The notes under the pieces: model-generated
The model's database searches: none
Told to the model about the DNA's origin: nothing
What the model saw: the letters and a program-made list of their open reading frames with translations, nothing else
Part shown: positions 48,466 through 58,889 of the stretch, piece by piece
Numbering within the stretch: position 1 is the stretch's first letter
Layout of the letters: each line of letters opens with the position of its first letter
DNA from: Saprospiraceae bacterium
GTDB lineage: Bacteria > Bacteroidota > Bacteroidia > Chitinophagales > Saprospiraceae
Assembly (NCBI GenBank): GCA_020436835.1
Contig: JAGQWZ010000367.1
Coordinates: 3,825 to 67,824, forward strand
DNA length: 64,000 bases
Direction: 5' to 3'
Translations under genes and position numbers: made by a program

Positions 48466-50757
48466 TCAGTTGACCAGCATTATTTTGGTAACGGCGGCAT
48501 CCGGATCAATGAGGTTTTCAACGGCGGCACTGAAAACCAGGTAAACTCCTGAAGCTACCTTCCTGCCCCGGAGATCCCGGCCATCCCAGATTGCCTGACC
48601 ACCTTTTGCTGACGTTTCGTAGACGATCAATCCACTTACATCAGTGATTTTTACATTGGCATTTTCCGCCAACCCCTTGATTGCAATGGGACCATTGTAG
48701 TTGGGTCTGACCGGATTTGGAAATACAGTGATCTGACTTTGATGAAACAATCCTCCTTCGACCGCCTCTCCCCGGAAAGATTGAACTCCCCGGTTCGTCG
48801 CAATGAACACTTCACCATTTCCTTGATCAATTGCAATATCAATGATGCCATTATCGAATAAAGGTGAATTTCTGACATTGAATGCGTGAATCTGGGTTTC
48901 AATATCAGCACTTTGTACAAATACACCATTATTGGTACCAAACCACTTTTGATTGGCACCATCGACCGCTATCGCCTTTATGTTTTCTTCGCCCAGTAAT
49001 TCTCCGGCGATCCCGTTTTGATCAACGAGCGGACGGTTGCCACGGCAATTATCTTCAAAAGGAAAACTGCCACAGTTAAAAAAAACTACTCCCTCCGTCG
49101 TGCCAACCCACATACCACCGTCTTTGTCTGCGGCCAGGTCATTAATTGCATTTACGGTCAAGGCCGAGTTTGTAGAATTAAATAAACGGTACTGATCATC
49201 GCTGGTAGAGAGAGGGTCTTCTCCGCTGTCATAGAGCACCAGACCTACGCCACCGACGGATATCCATTTATATCCGGCAACATCGACCGCGATATGTTCA
49301 GGATTCGTTGAAGTCGGTAAGGAAAAATTCATCCATTCTCCCTCTTTGCTATAGACCGAAAGTGGTCTCGGAGCATCATGATTAAGAATCCAGAGATTAC
49401 CATCCTTATCGAAAGTCATATCGGTAATCCGGTTACGATCGGGATTGATCACACTGTTCTGTAAACTGGAGTTGTCCTTATCAAAGACCTGAAAAGAACC
49501 ATCCTTATATTGGATGAGGCCATCCCAGAATGTACCAACGTATACGGTACCATCGCTGGAGACTTCTACTGACAGAAAGTCCCGCATGTCTTTTTGTTCC
49601 AAAATCTCCACATTGTCCTTGTTATAAGATTTCCAACTGCCATCCTCATTGGTATAAAAGCCCTCGGTACGAAACAGATATCCATAGTTGATCGTCACCC
49701 CTCCAGTCGCAACGTAGAGATTTTGGTTGTAAGTGGCGATTTCTGAAGCATTATGTGTGGGTGGACGATCAGGAATAATTGTTCTGCAGTCGCCGGTGAA
49801 GTTCTCACTATATTTGTAACCTCTCCCTTCATCCGCATACCATACTCGTTCCTGTTCATCAATGACTGCATCGACAGTCTTCGTACTGCAGTTGTTGACC
49901 GATCTCTTCCCACCATCATCCTTTAAAAGAATCTTCTTTGCATTACACCCATTTTCACAAACCCAACCGGTCAGTATGCCTTCTGATCCTTTCAGCGCAA
50001 ATTGAAAACTGAAACCGGCTTCACGATGAATAAATTCGAAGCGGGCATCATTTCTTCGATATAATTCTTCATTTACTCCGGCATATAAAACGCCGTCGAT
50101 TAATTCCAGTTTACTTGCGCTGTGATTCTCCGGCAGACCCTGAGCAAATCCCAACCTTTGCCACTCACCAAAATCAGCAAGATTGTTTTCCTCACGCTCT
50201 TCTATTTCATAAATGCCTTGATCGGTACTGATAATCAGGTGATTATTCTTTTCGACAATACTTCGAACCGGGGTATTCGTAAACGTTGTGAAACCAAATT
50301 CCCTGGATTCAATATCAAGTTGTACCACACCAAATCCACAAGCGAGATAAGCATAGGGTGATTGCACGAAAATATCATAGACCGTGCGATCTTCAACGAT
50401 CTGGGTATTTGCCCTGATTTGATTCAGATTTACAATCTCATCTTCGAATACCAAATCTATGTTGCTATTCTGGTAGATTACGATCAGGACTTCTTCCGTC
50501 TCATCGTATTCAAGGACCTGGATCCCGATATCATGCAAACCCTCAACCTTTGAGAAGTATTCGAGGCTTAAGTCCTCTTTATTTATTTTCATCAAAGCCC
50601 ACTGGGTACCATAGTAGACCGCATCTGGACTTTGGGTAACACTGAGACCATAACGGTAGGGTAAATATGATCTCCAGCTACCAATTCGTTGATTTGACTG
50701 ACTAAAAACGCAGGTGGATAAGAAGAGAAATAGAAATGTACTCAGATACCTACTCAT
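48466..50757 (-). CDS. beta-propeller (two-component-regulator propeller repeat) protein with a T9SS type A C-terminal domain; PorZ-like
   Basis: Signal peptide MSRYLSTFLFLFLSTCVFSQ. Repeated WxGTxxG-type blades (MWVGTTEGVVFF, KWFGTNNGVFV, VYVGTFWDGL). C-terminus ITVFPNPV...VKITDVSGLIVYE...WDGRD..G..VASGVYLV. Size and architecture match PorZ (two propellers plus CTD). Confidence 0.55.
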   Translation of the reverse strand: MSRYLSTFLFLFLSTCVFSQSNQRIGSWRSYLPYRYGLSVTQSPDAVYYGTQWALMKINKEDLSLEYFSKVEGLHDIGIQVLEYDETEEVLIVIYQNSNIDLVFEDEIVNLNQIRANTQIVEDRTVYDIFVQSPYAYLACGFGVVQLDIESREFGFTTFTNTPVRSIVEKNNHLIISTDQGIYEIEEREENNLADFGEWQRLGFAQGLPENHSASKLELIDGVLYAGVNEELYRRNDARFEFIHREAGFSFQFALKGSEGILTGWVCENGCNAKKILLKDDGGKRSVNNCSTKTVDAVIDEQERVWYADEGRGYKYSENFTGDCRTIIPDRPPTHNASEIATYNQNLYVATGGVTINYGYLFRTEGFYTNEDGSWKSYNKDNVEILEQKDMRDFLSVEVSSDGTVYVGTFWDGLIQYKDGSFQVFDKDNSSLQNSVINPDRNRITDMTFDKDGNLWILNHDAPRPLSVYSKEGEWMNFSLPTSTNPEHIAVDVAGYKWISVGGVGLVLYDSGEDPLSTSDDQYRLFNSTNSALTVNAINDLAADKDGGMWVGTTEGVVFFNCGSFPFEDNCRGNRPLVDQNGIAGELLGEENIKAIAVDGANQKWFGTNNGVFVQSADIETQIHAFNVRNSPLFDNGIIDIAIDQGNGEVFIATNRGVQSFRGEAVEGGLFHQSQITVFPNPVRPNYNGPIAIKGLAENANVKITDVSGLIVYETSAKGGQAIWDGRDLRGRKVASGVYLVFSAAVENLIDPDAAVTKIMLVN

Positions 50758-50806
50758 ACTCTTGACTTGAATGATTCAAAGCACGCCTTTGGGGTTTAAG
50801 AAAATA

Positions 50807-51385
50807 TTATGAACGGTACATAGTACTTCCTTCTAAATATTCATATACGGAATCGGGCACCATATATTGTACAGATATACCATTTCGAATGCATTCTCTG
50901 ATATAGGTGGATGATATATCCAGTAAAGGGAACTCCTGTAGTATTTTTATTTTCGAACTACCGGACTTAATCATTGTCTCAAAACCTTGTCTTTGGTAGA
51001 CATAGATTTCGTAATTGTCTGTGATTTGCTGATAGTTTTTCCATTTGGAAAGCGTCGCTAAGTTATCCCCCCCCATGATGAGGACAAATTCATGTTGAGG
51101 GTGTTTTTCAGTGAGATATGCCAGTGTGTCGATCGTATAGGATGGTTTAGGTAGATTGAATTCAATGTTAGAAGCTTTAATGCGGGTATTGTCTCCGATT
51201 GCCAGGTTAACCAAATGCAACCGGTCAAAATCATTTGCCAACGATGCCTTTCTCTTCAAAGGATTATGGGGACTGACAATCATCCAAACCTGAGTCAAGT
51301 CGGTTAAACTGACAATCTGGTTAGCGATGATCATATGTCCGGTGTGTACAGGATTAAATGACCCAAAAAACAATCCAACCTTCAT
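50807..51385 (-). CDS. nadD: nicotinate-nucleotide adenylyltransferase
   Basis: GLFFGSFNPVHTGHM (HxGH motif) and ISSTYIRE. Confidence 0.92.
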   Translation of the reverse strand: MKVGLFFGSFNPVHTGHMIIANQIVSLTDLTQVWMIVSPHNPLKRKASLANDFDRLHLVNLAIGDNTRIKASNIEFNLPKPSYTIDTLAYLTEKHPQHEFVLIMGGDNLATLSKWKNYQQITDNYEIYVYQRQGFETMIKSGSSKIKILQEFPLLDISSTYIRECIRNGISVQYMVPDSVYEYLEGSTMYRS

Positions 51386-51405
51386 CTACATAGGGGATTT
51401 CTCCT

Positions 51406-52521
51406 TTACCGGCTCAGCATAACCGGCATGACCAACATCAACAATTCTTCGTCATCCGGACTTTCTCCCGGGAGCAAAATGCCTGCCTTATTTGGAGTGG
51501 AAAGCTCCATGATCACTTCATCCGTGTCCAGGACGTTGAGCATTTCGATTAGGAATTTGGCATTAAATCCGATGGTGATAGGATTGCCTTTATATTCGCA
51601 AGTTAACTGTTCTGTTGCTTCATTTGAAAAGTCCAGATCCTGAGCTTCAATAGTCAGACTTCCCTCGTCAATATTGAGAATTACCTGATTTGTTGTCTTA
51701 TTGGCGTAAATGGCAATTCGTCGCAGTGAATGCAGAAAATCAGTGCGCGTTGCGGTCATCACATTCGGATTGTCCACCGGAATGACGGCATTATAATTGG
51801 GATATTGGGCATCAATAAGTCTACAAACGAGGCTGTGATCGCCAAAGCTGAAAAAGGCATTAGATTTATTAAATGAAATCTCCACCTGTCCGGAATCCGG
51901 CAATGCATTTCGAAGTAGACTCAAGGACTTCTTGGGTATTATAAATGATGTATTGACATCACCTTCGATCCCCGAGAAAGTATATTTAACCAATTTATGA
52001 GCATCTGTCGCGACGAACGTAATCTTGCTGAAATCGATGCTGAGATAAACTCCCGTCATTGCTAAGCGCAGTTCGTCGTTGCTGGTGGCAAAGGTTGTCT
52101 TTACAATCGCCTCATGGAGTAGATGAGCACTTAGAGACACCGTTTCAGTACCATCTGGCTTGGGAATCGTAGGAAAATCTTCTGCATTATCTCCGGATAA
52201 CTTATATTTTCCGTAAGAAGAGGTGATCTCTATACTGTTTTTACCCTCATCGACTTCAACCGTAATGGGCTGTTCAGGCAAAGCCTTCAAAGTGTCAAAC
52301 AGGATTTTTCCGGGGATCGCAATAGCTCCGTTTTTATCTGAAATGACGTCAACGGTGGTGGTGATGGATGTCTCCAGATCCGTGGCAGAGATCGTCAGCG
52401 TATTGTCGTTGATCACAAAGAGAAAATCCTCCAGAATAGGTACGACGGTATTTGAACCAATGGCTCCATTCGCCAGTTGAATCTTCCTTAATAGATCGGC
52501 AGAAGAGATGCTGAATTTCAT
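51406..52521 (-). CDS. dnaN: DNA polymerase III subunit beta (sliding clamp)
   Basis: 371 aa with MKFSISSADLL..., a three-domain repeat feel, ATDAHKLV and MPVMLS at the C-terminus. Confidence 0.95.
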   Translation of the reverse strand: MKFSISSADLLRKIQLANGAIGSNTVVPILEDFLFVINDNTLTISATDLETSITTTVDVISDKNGAIAIPGKILFDTLKALPEQPITVEVDEGKNSIEITSSYGKYKLSGDNAEDFPTIPKPDGTETVSLSAHLLHEAIVKTTFATSNDELRLAMTGVYLSIDFSKITFVATDAHKLVKYTFSGIEGDVNTSFIIPKKSLSLLRNALPDSGQVEISFNKSNAFFSFGDHSLVCRLIDAQYPNYNAVIPVDNPNVMTATRTDFLHSLRRIAIYANKTTNQVILNIDEGSLTIEAQDLDFSNEATEQLTCEYKGNPITIGFNAKFLIEMLNVLDTDEVIMELSTPNKAGILLPGESPDDEELLMLVMPVMLSR

Positions 52522-52654
52522 ATGGTTGAAACGTTACTACTGTGCAAAAAAGTAGAATAAATTACTAGGTGACAAAAGTAAATGATTCCCCCTCATTTTT
52601 TAAACTTAGCGGCCCTTATTTAAAAAATGAGTTATACGTTATTATTTTTTCCAG

Positions 52655-53917
52655 ATGACTGATCAAAGACCACCATTATTTCAGGTAGCGCAGATTAATT
52701 TTCCCACCCCAGATATCAGCCTATTGGCCAATGGCCTCAAGGTTTACATGATCGAGGGGGGTAGTCAGGAGGTATGCAAACTCGACTTCATGTTTCTGGC
52801 AGGAAGGCCCTTTGAGCATAAGCGATTGACAGCGGCAACTATGGCGGGCGTGCTTAAGGAGGGATCTGAAAAGTATACCGCTGCCACCATTGCCGATATG
52901 GTAGATCAGGCAGGAGCTACTATGTCTTCACCCTTTTCTTTTGACCACATCAGTCTTCAGCTTAGTTGCCTGAATAAATATGTAGAAGAGCTTTTACCTC
53001 TCATGATAGATGTGCTCAGGCGTCCAGCATTTGACAAGCATGAAATTAGCCTGTTCAAAAAAAGGACAGAACGGCGTCTCGCAGTTGATCTTTCCAACAA
53101 CGAAGTAATCGCCTATCGAAAAGCCACTGAACAGTATTTTGGCCCCCAGCATCCCTATGGATACAACAGTGAAATTACTTTGTACCGGGACGTTAATCGC
53201 GATGATCTGAAGTTACATCACGAACACTATTTTCGTCCCAATCATGCGATCCTTTTTATGGCGGGACGTATTCCTCCGGCGTTGGTGGATAAAATCAATA
53301 CAATGGTAGAGAGCTGGGAAGAGGGTCAACCTTCTAAGCATCCGATCATGCCGGAAATAGCTGTGCCGGTTGCGAACAGGATTGAAGAAGACATGGGCAA
53401 GTCTCAAACCGCCATTCGTGTTGGCCGAAGACTATTTAATCGGAACCATCCCGATTGGCCTGCAATTTTTGTGATGAACACGGTACTTGGAGGATATTTT
53501 GGTTCCCGACTGATGAAGCATTTACGCGAGCAAAAGGGGCTGACTTATGGGGTACACAGCACCGTTGAATCTTTGCGTTACGACGGTTACCTAAGTATAT
53601 CCCTGGAGACAGAGAGAAAATACGCCAGGAGAGCTTTAAAGGGCATTTATCAGGAGATTGAAATATTGCAAAATGAATTGGTGCCTGTCAACGAGTTGCA
53701 GATGGTCAAGAACTATTTGGGGGGATATTTGCTCAGTCTGATGGATGGACCTTTGCAGACACTGGAAGTACTCAAAAATAACCTGGCTGAAGAGAGCCCT
53801 TTTGACTTTACCACTTCGCTTTTGAAGCAAATTGCATCAATACGGGCAGATGATATCCGGCAAATGGCTCAGAAGTATCTGGCGAAAGATCTTCTCAGTG
53901 AAGTAATAATCTACTAA
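52655..53917 (+). CDS. M16 (pitrilysin) family protein, predicted non-catalytic
   Basis: M16 two-domain layout (LANGLKVYMIE..., GYFGSRLMKHLREQKGLTYGVHS). The position of the HxxEH zinc motif reads TAATMAGVLKEGS and contains no His. Confidence 0.78.
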   Translation: MTDQRPPLFQVAQINFPTPDISLLANGLKVYMIEGGSQEVCKLDFMFLAGRPFEHKRLTAATMAGVLKEGSEKYTAATIADMVDQAGATMSSPFSFDHISLQLSCLNKYVEELLPLMIDVLRRPAFDKHEISLFKKRTERRLAVDLSNNEVIAYRKATEQYFGPQHPYGYNSEITLYRDVNRDDLKLHHEHYFRPNHAILFMAGRIPPALVDKINTMVESWEEGQPSKHPIMPEIAVPVANRIEEDMGKSQTAIRVGRRLFNRNHPDWPAIFVMNTVLGGYFGSRLMKHLREQKGLTYGVHSTVESLRYDGYLSISLETERKYARRALKGIYQEIEILQNELVPVNELQMVKNYLGGYLLSLMDGPLQTLEVLKNNLAEESPFDFTTSLLKQIASIRADDIRQMAQKYLAKDLLSEVIIY

Positions 53918-54071
53918 ATCAGTTGAATACCAACACATTATAAATTAGTAATATTTGTAAAAACCATATATTTAAATAGTCAATAAAATTTTCCTGATTT
54001 AAATAAAATTAGTTTCTTTTGCGAAGCTGGTATAGGCTTTGCTTACGCATAGGCATGATTAATCGCTTGAA

Positions 54072-55103
54072 ATGAAATTTTTCAATTTTTTCACACAAGA
54101 ATTGGCTATTGATTTGGGTACGGCAAATACCCTTATCATTCAGGATGAGGAGATTGTGGTGGAGGAGCCATCGATTGTGGCCATTGATCGAAGAACAGGT
54201 GAGACCATTGCCGTGGGATCTCGTGCTATGCAAATGCATGAAAAGACCCATGAGCATATAAAAACCGTCCGACCCTTAAAGGATGGAGTTATTGCCGATT
54301 TCCAGGCAGCTGAAAATATGATCGAAGGGATGATCAATATGATTGATCAGAAAAGGAGATTTTTCACTCACATGAAGATGGTTATCTGTATCCCTTCCGG
54401 AATTACCGAAGTGGAAAAGAGAGCAGTTTTCGATTCGGCGGATCATGTGGACAGCAAGGAAACCTACCTTATCTATGAGCCCATGGCTGCTGCATTGGGA
54501 ATCGGGCTTGATGTAGAAGAACCGGTGGGAAACATGATCATTGATATTGGAGGCGGTACTACAGAAATTGCGGTAATTGCCTTGTCGGGAATCGTCTGCG
54601 AACAATCCATCCGCACTGCCGGTGATGAATTTACGATGGATATCATCGACCATCTGAGAAGAAATCATAATCTTCTGATTGGGGAACGTACAGCCGAAGT
54701 GCTGAAGATCAACGTGGGATCTGCAGCCACTGAGCTGGATAATCCTCCGGAACCTTTTGCTATAAACGGAAGGGATCTGCTGACAGGAATACCCAGGCAG
54801 GAAACAATAACCTATCAGGAAATAGCGGAAGCACTGGATAGCAGTATTAGCAAGATCGAAGAAGCAATCTTAAAGGCCCTTGAAGTTACACCTCCTGAAT
54901 TGGCTTCCGATATCTATAAGACGGGCCTTTACCTGACCGGAGGTGGAGCACTGCTTCGCGGACTCCGGAAAAGAATATCTCTCAAAACAAAACTTCCGGT
55001 CACCGTAGCTGATGATCCTCTGCGTGCGGTTGTACGTGGAACCGGCTTAGCCTTACGAAACACAGACAAATACTCTTTCTTGATCGATCGTAAAAGTGTG
55101 TAA
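54072..55103 (+). CDS. mreB: rod shape-determining protein MreB
   Basis: Actin-fold motifs IDLGTANTLI and DIGGGTTEIAV, plus LTGGGALLRGL. Confidence 0.97.
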   Translation: MKFFNFFTQELAIDLGTANTLIIQDEEIVVEEPSIVAIDRRTGETIAVGSRAMQMHEKTHEHIKTVRPLKDGVIADFQAAENMIEGMINMIDQKRRFFTHMKMVICIPSGITEVEKRAVFDSADHVDSKETYLIYEPMAAALGIGLDVEEPVGNMIIDIGGGTTEIAVIALSGIVCEQSIRTAGDEFTMDIIDHLRRNHNLLIGERTAEVLKINVGSAATELDNPPEPFAINGRDLLTGIPRQETITYQEIAEALDSSISKIEEAILKALEVTPPELASDIYKTGLYLTGGGALLRGLRKRISLKTKLPVTVADDPLRAVVRGTGLALRNTDKYSFLIDRKSV

Positions 55104-55122
55104 ATAAGGGTAGTAATTACTC

Positions 55123-55944
55123 ATGCAAAACATCCTCTTTTTTCTTTACCGGTACGGCTATGTACTCCTTTTTCTTCTTTTACAGGTTTTTTGTGTCAAT
55201 CTGGTAGTACGTTTTAACCCCTACCAAAAGGATATATTTATTAAGTCCTCCGGAGCCGTCTCGGGTTGGTTGCTGGATAAGTATGATGGAGTCGTCCAAT
55301 TTTTTAATCTGTCAAATGTAGCGGAGGACCTCGCAGAAGAGAATGCCCGGTTACGCACCCAGGCATTGACATTTCAGGAAATCTATGGACCGGCATCCAG
55401 TCACTCCGATTCAAACCGGACCCAGCAGTATACGATGATTGCTGCCAAGGTTATTAATAACTCCATTGCCAAGTTGGATAATTACTTTACATTGAATGTC
55501 GGCGCTCGAGATGGCATCGAGAGCGGACTGGGAGTCATCCAGACGGATGGGATCATGGGTGTGATTACAGATGTCAGCAATCGCTATTCTCGCGGTATTT
55601 CCTTATTACACCGGGATCTCAAGATCAGTGTCTCAATCCAGCGAAATAATTTCTTTGGAACCCTTTCCTGGACGGGAGGAGATCCAAAAAAAGCTAAACT
55701 GGGTGACATACCGAAACATGCGGACCTCGCCCCTGGAGATGTCATTGTCACCAGTGGTTTCAGTGCACTTTTCCCCCAGGGAATCACCGTTGGCAAAATC
55801 ACTAACTTTGAGCTGAAACAAGGCAGTAATTTCTACGACATTGATGTGGAATTAACCAATGATCTTTCCCAGGCTCACTATGTGTATGTCATCAAAAACC
55901 TTCATGCGCGTGAACAGATTGAACTAGAGAGTCAAAACAACTGA
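55123..55944 (+). CDS. mreC: rod shape-determining protein MreC
   Basis: N-terminal TM segment, a coiled coil (AEENARLR), and the beta-domain GVIQTDGIMGVITDVS and VTSGFSALFPQGITVGKI. Position after mreB. Confidence 0.85.
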   Translation: MQNILFFLYRYGYVLLFLLLQVFCVNLVVRFNPYQKDIFIKSSGAVSGWLLDKYDGVVQFFNLSNVAEDLAEENARLRTQALTFQEIYGPASSHSDSNRTQQYTMIAAKVINNSIAKLDNYFTLNVGARDGIESGLGVIQTDGIMGVITDVSNRYSRGISLLHRDLKISVSIQRNNFFGTLSWTGGDPKKAKLGDIPKHADLAPGDVIVTSGFSALFPQGITVGKITNFELKQGSNFYDIDVELTNDLSQAHYVYVIKNLHAREQIELESQNN

Positions 55945-55945
55945 T

Positions 55946-56467
55946 ATGGAAAGTCAAATAGTACGTAATACTTTCCGGTTTATCTTGCTCTTGTTGATCC
56001 AGGGACTGATTCTATATCGCGTAAATCTCGGTGGTCCGGGCTTCAATTACATTCACATCCTGATTTATCCCCTCTTCATAATGTTATTTCCGGTACAGAC
56101 GAGTAAAGTCTTACTCATCCTGTTGGGATTCTTGATTGGGATATCCGTTGATGTATTTTATGACTCACCTGGATTACATGCCAGCGCATCCGTATTTACT
56201 GCCTTTATCCGGCCATTCGTTTTATCCGCAATTGAACCCCGAGGAGGCTATAAAATAAATTCGGTACCAACAAAACATCAGTTTGGCTTCAACTGGTTTG
56301 CCAAATATGTCAGTATCTTACTGGTTTTACATTTAATCTGGTATTTCAGCCTGGAAGTATTTCAGATAACTCAGATATTGAAGGTCTTTCTAAAGACTAT
56401 TGTATCTTTTTTTGCGTCCTTATTGTGTATATGGCTTTACGTAATCATTTTTAATCCAAAGGGTTGA
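55946..56467 (+). CDS. mreD: rod shape-determining protein MreD
   Basis: 173-aa polytopic membrane protein 1 nt after mreC and before mrdA. Assigned mainly by position and topology. Confidence 0.7.
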   Translation: MESQIVRNTFRFILLLLIQGLILYRVNLGGPGFNYIHILIYPLFIMLFPVQTSKVLLILLGFLIGISVDVFYDSPGLHASASVFTAFIRPFVLSAIEPRGGYKINSVPTKHQFGFNWFAKYVSILLVLHLIWYFSLEVFQITQILKVFLKTIVSFFASLLCIWLYVIIFNPKG

Positions 56468-56479
56468 TATAAGTCCGGC

Positions 56480-58312
56480 ATGGAAGATCGCAGCTACATA
56501 ATAAGGGGAATAATCATCGTCACTGGCTTGTTGATGCTTCTCCGCGTAGCCTACATGCAGATCTTTGATGAATCCTACCGGGTAAAGGCAGATGCGGCAA
56601 CCATTGAAAAACAGGTGATTCAACCTTCCAGAGGCCTGATCTATGACCGGAATCGAAAGCTCATGGTCTTTAATCAACCAATATACGATCTCTACGTAAC
56701 GGCAAACCTGGTCAATCCGGAAATGGATACCGCCAAATTATGCCGGATACTAAGCATCGACCGGCAGACTTTCCTAAAGAACATACAGAAGGATTTCAAT
56801 GATATCCGGTATTCCCGCAATGTGCCCTTTCTGTTTATGGATAAGATCGATCCGGTCGTCTATGCCCAACTTCAGGAGGTTTTACATGAATTCCCGGGAT
56901 TTATCTCAAAAGTAAGAAGTGTGCGTGGCTATGAATTTCCTTATGGGTCGCATGCCTTGGGATATATTAGTGAGGTAGATCAGCAAATCATAGATTCCAG
57001 GAGTGGTTATGAACGAAGGGATTATTACGGCGTAAGCGGTATGGAAGCCACCTATGAAGCCTACTTAAGGGGTGAAAAAGGGATGGAGTTTCAATTGAAG
57101 GATAATTTTGGGCGTAAAGTAGGATCCTATGAGCAGGGTCAGCGAGATGCTTTGGCGACCTCGGGACTTGACCTGATCACCTCTATTGATATAGAGCTTC
57201 AAGGCTATGCCGAACAGCTCCTGAGGGGCAAGATTGGTGGTATTGTTGCAATCGAGCCCGCTACCGGAGAAGTACTTGTTTTAGCCAGTAGTCCATCCTA
57301 CCATCCACAATCCCTGAGTGTAAGTGCCAACCGGCAAAAAACGTTCAGTGTCTTGCAGTCCGATACGCTGAAGCCATTCTTCAACCGGGCTTTACAGGCA
57401 AAATATCCACCGGGTTCTATATTTAAACCGGTCCTGGCACTTATCGGTCTGCAGGAAGGGGTAATTACCGTAGACCGGTATATAACCTGTACCGGTGGTT
57501 ATGTATATAAATCATTCCGTTGGGGATGTCATGCCGCACCGGGAGTCCGTAACGTTGTGAGGGCCATTCAGGAGTCCTGTAATACGTACTTTTATACTAT
57601 TTATCAGGACCTGGTAAACATCGGCGGTTTTGAGCACCCCGAAATCGGACTGAACCGGACTGCCGATTATTTACACCAATTTGGGCTGGGAAGCACCTTG
57701 CAGATTGATTTGCCACAGGAACAAGGAGGGTTTATTCCGGACAGTGACTACTACGACGATCTCTACGAAGATAAGGGAGACTGGCGCAGTACCTATATCA
57801 TCTCCAATGCGATTGGCCAGGGAGAAATCGAGCTTACCACCCTGCAAATGGCGAATCTTGCGGCGGTGATTGGCAATCGCGGCTTCTACTATAAGCCCCA
57901 TATAGTGAGGGGGTTCAGCGACCCTTCTATTCCATTGGAAAATGAATATCTCACACCTAAGAGAGTCAAAATTGATGATAAACATTTCGACCCGGTTATA
58001 GAAGGAATGTCACGTTCTGTCAGCATGGGCACCTCCCGAGCAGCCCAAATCAGAGACGTTGAAGTCTGTGGTAAAACCGGAACTTCAGAAAACCCTCATG
58101 GAAAGGACCATTCCGTTTTCCATGCCTTTGCTCCTCGACAAAATCCCAAAATTGCCATAGCCGTATTTATCGAAAATGGTGGGTGGGGCGGATCCTATGC
58201 TGCTCCAATTGCCAGTCTTATCATCGAGAAATACCTCAAAGGAGAGATCGATCCTTCCCGGTTGTGGTTGGAAGAAAGAATGATGGAAGTGAACCTTCTC
58301 GCGGGAGAATGA
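56480..58312 (+). CDS. mrdA: penicillin-binding protein 2 (elongasome transpeptidase)
   Basis: N-terminal TM segment. Contains PSRGLIYDRN, SxxK as GSIFKP, SxN as ESCNTYF and KTG as GKTGTS. Confidence 0.93.
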   Translation: MEDRSYIIRGIIIVTGLLMLLRVAYMQIFDESYRVKADAATIEKQVIQPSRGLIYDRNRKLMVFNQPIYDLYVTANLVNPEMDTAKLCRILSIDRQTFLKNIQKDFNDIRYSRNVPFLFMDKIDPVVYAQLQEVLHEFPGFISKVRSVRGYEFPYGSHALGYISEVDQQIIDSRSGYERRDYYGVSGMEATYEAYLRGEKGMEFQLKDNFGRKVGSYEQGQRDALATSGLDLITSIDIELQGYAEQLLRGKIGGIVAIEPATGEVLVLASSPSYHPQSLSVSANRQKTFSVLQSDTLKPFFNRALQAKYPPGSIFKPVLALIGLQEGVITVDRYITCTGGYVYKSFRWGCHAAPGVRNVVRAIQESCNTYFYTIYQDLVNIGGFEHPEIGLNRTADYLHQFGLGSTLQIDLPQEQGGFIPDSDYYDDLYEDKGDWRSTYIISNAIGQGEIELTTLQMANLAAVIGNRGFYYKPHIVRGFSDPSIPLENEYLTPKRVKIDDKHFDPVIEGMSRSVSMGTSRAAQIRDVEVCGKTGTSENPHGKDHSVFHAFAPRQNPKIAIAVFIENGGWGGSYAAPIASLIIEKYLKGEIDPSRLWLEERMMEVNLLAGE

Positions 58313-58388
58313 TCTGAAACGCCTGTCCTGACCCGTCCGATATGACATCCTTTACATTTTGGCCGGATAGAATAATTATTTTTACAAA

Positions 58389-58889
58389 ATGATAATTTCT
58401 GCAATTGCTGCCATGTCCCGAAATCGAGTGATCGGAGTGGAAAATGATCTCCCCTGGCATTTACCTGCTGACATGAAATATTTTATGAGGACCACGCGGG
58501 GGCATCATGTGATCATGGGCCGAAAGACCTTTGAGTCGATGGGAATACCATTGAAGAACCGAACCAATATAGTAATCACCCGGGACCTCTTTTACACTGC
58601 TTCCGGAATCCTGGTCACCCACTCGCTAAATGAAGCACTGGAGATACCAAGATCAAATGGTGAAGATGAAGTTTTTATCATCGGAGGAGCAGAAATCTAT
58701 AAACTCTCTCTTCCCATATTAGACCGGATCTACCTGACTGAAATCGAGCTGAAAGTCGAAAAAGGAGATGCATTTTTCCCGGAATTTTCCACCAAAGAGT
58801 GGCAGCTGGTAAGGGAAGAGAAACATCAACCTGACGCCAAAAACCAATATACCTATACTTTCAAAATCTTCGAAAAACAAAACCATTGA
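58389..58889 (+). CDS. folA: dihydrofolate reductase
   Basis: ISAIAAMSRNRVIGVENDLPWHLPADMKYF, MGRKTFES and IIGGAEIY. Confidence 0.95.
   Translation: MIISAIAAMSRNRVIGVENDLPWHLPADMKYFMRTTRGHHVIMGRKTFESMGIPLKNRTNIVITRDLFYTASGILVTHSLNEALEIPRSNGEDEVFIIGGAEIYKLSLPILDRIYLTEIELKVEKGDAFFPEFSTKEWQLVREEKHQPDAKNQYTYTFKIFEKQNH

Noticed and set aside
58313-58388. Searched for a missed or degraded rodA between mrdA and folA.
   Set aside because: The gap is only 76 nt and no frame shows SEDS-like hydrophobic sequence, so rodA is simply not at this locus.
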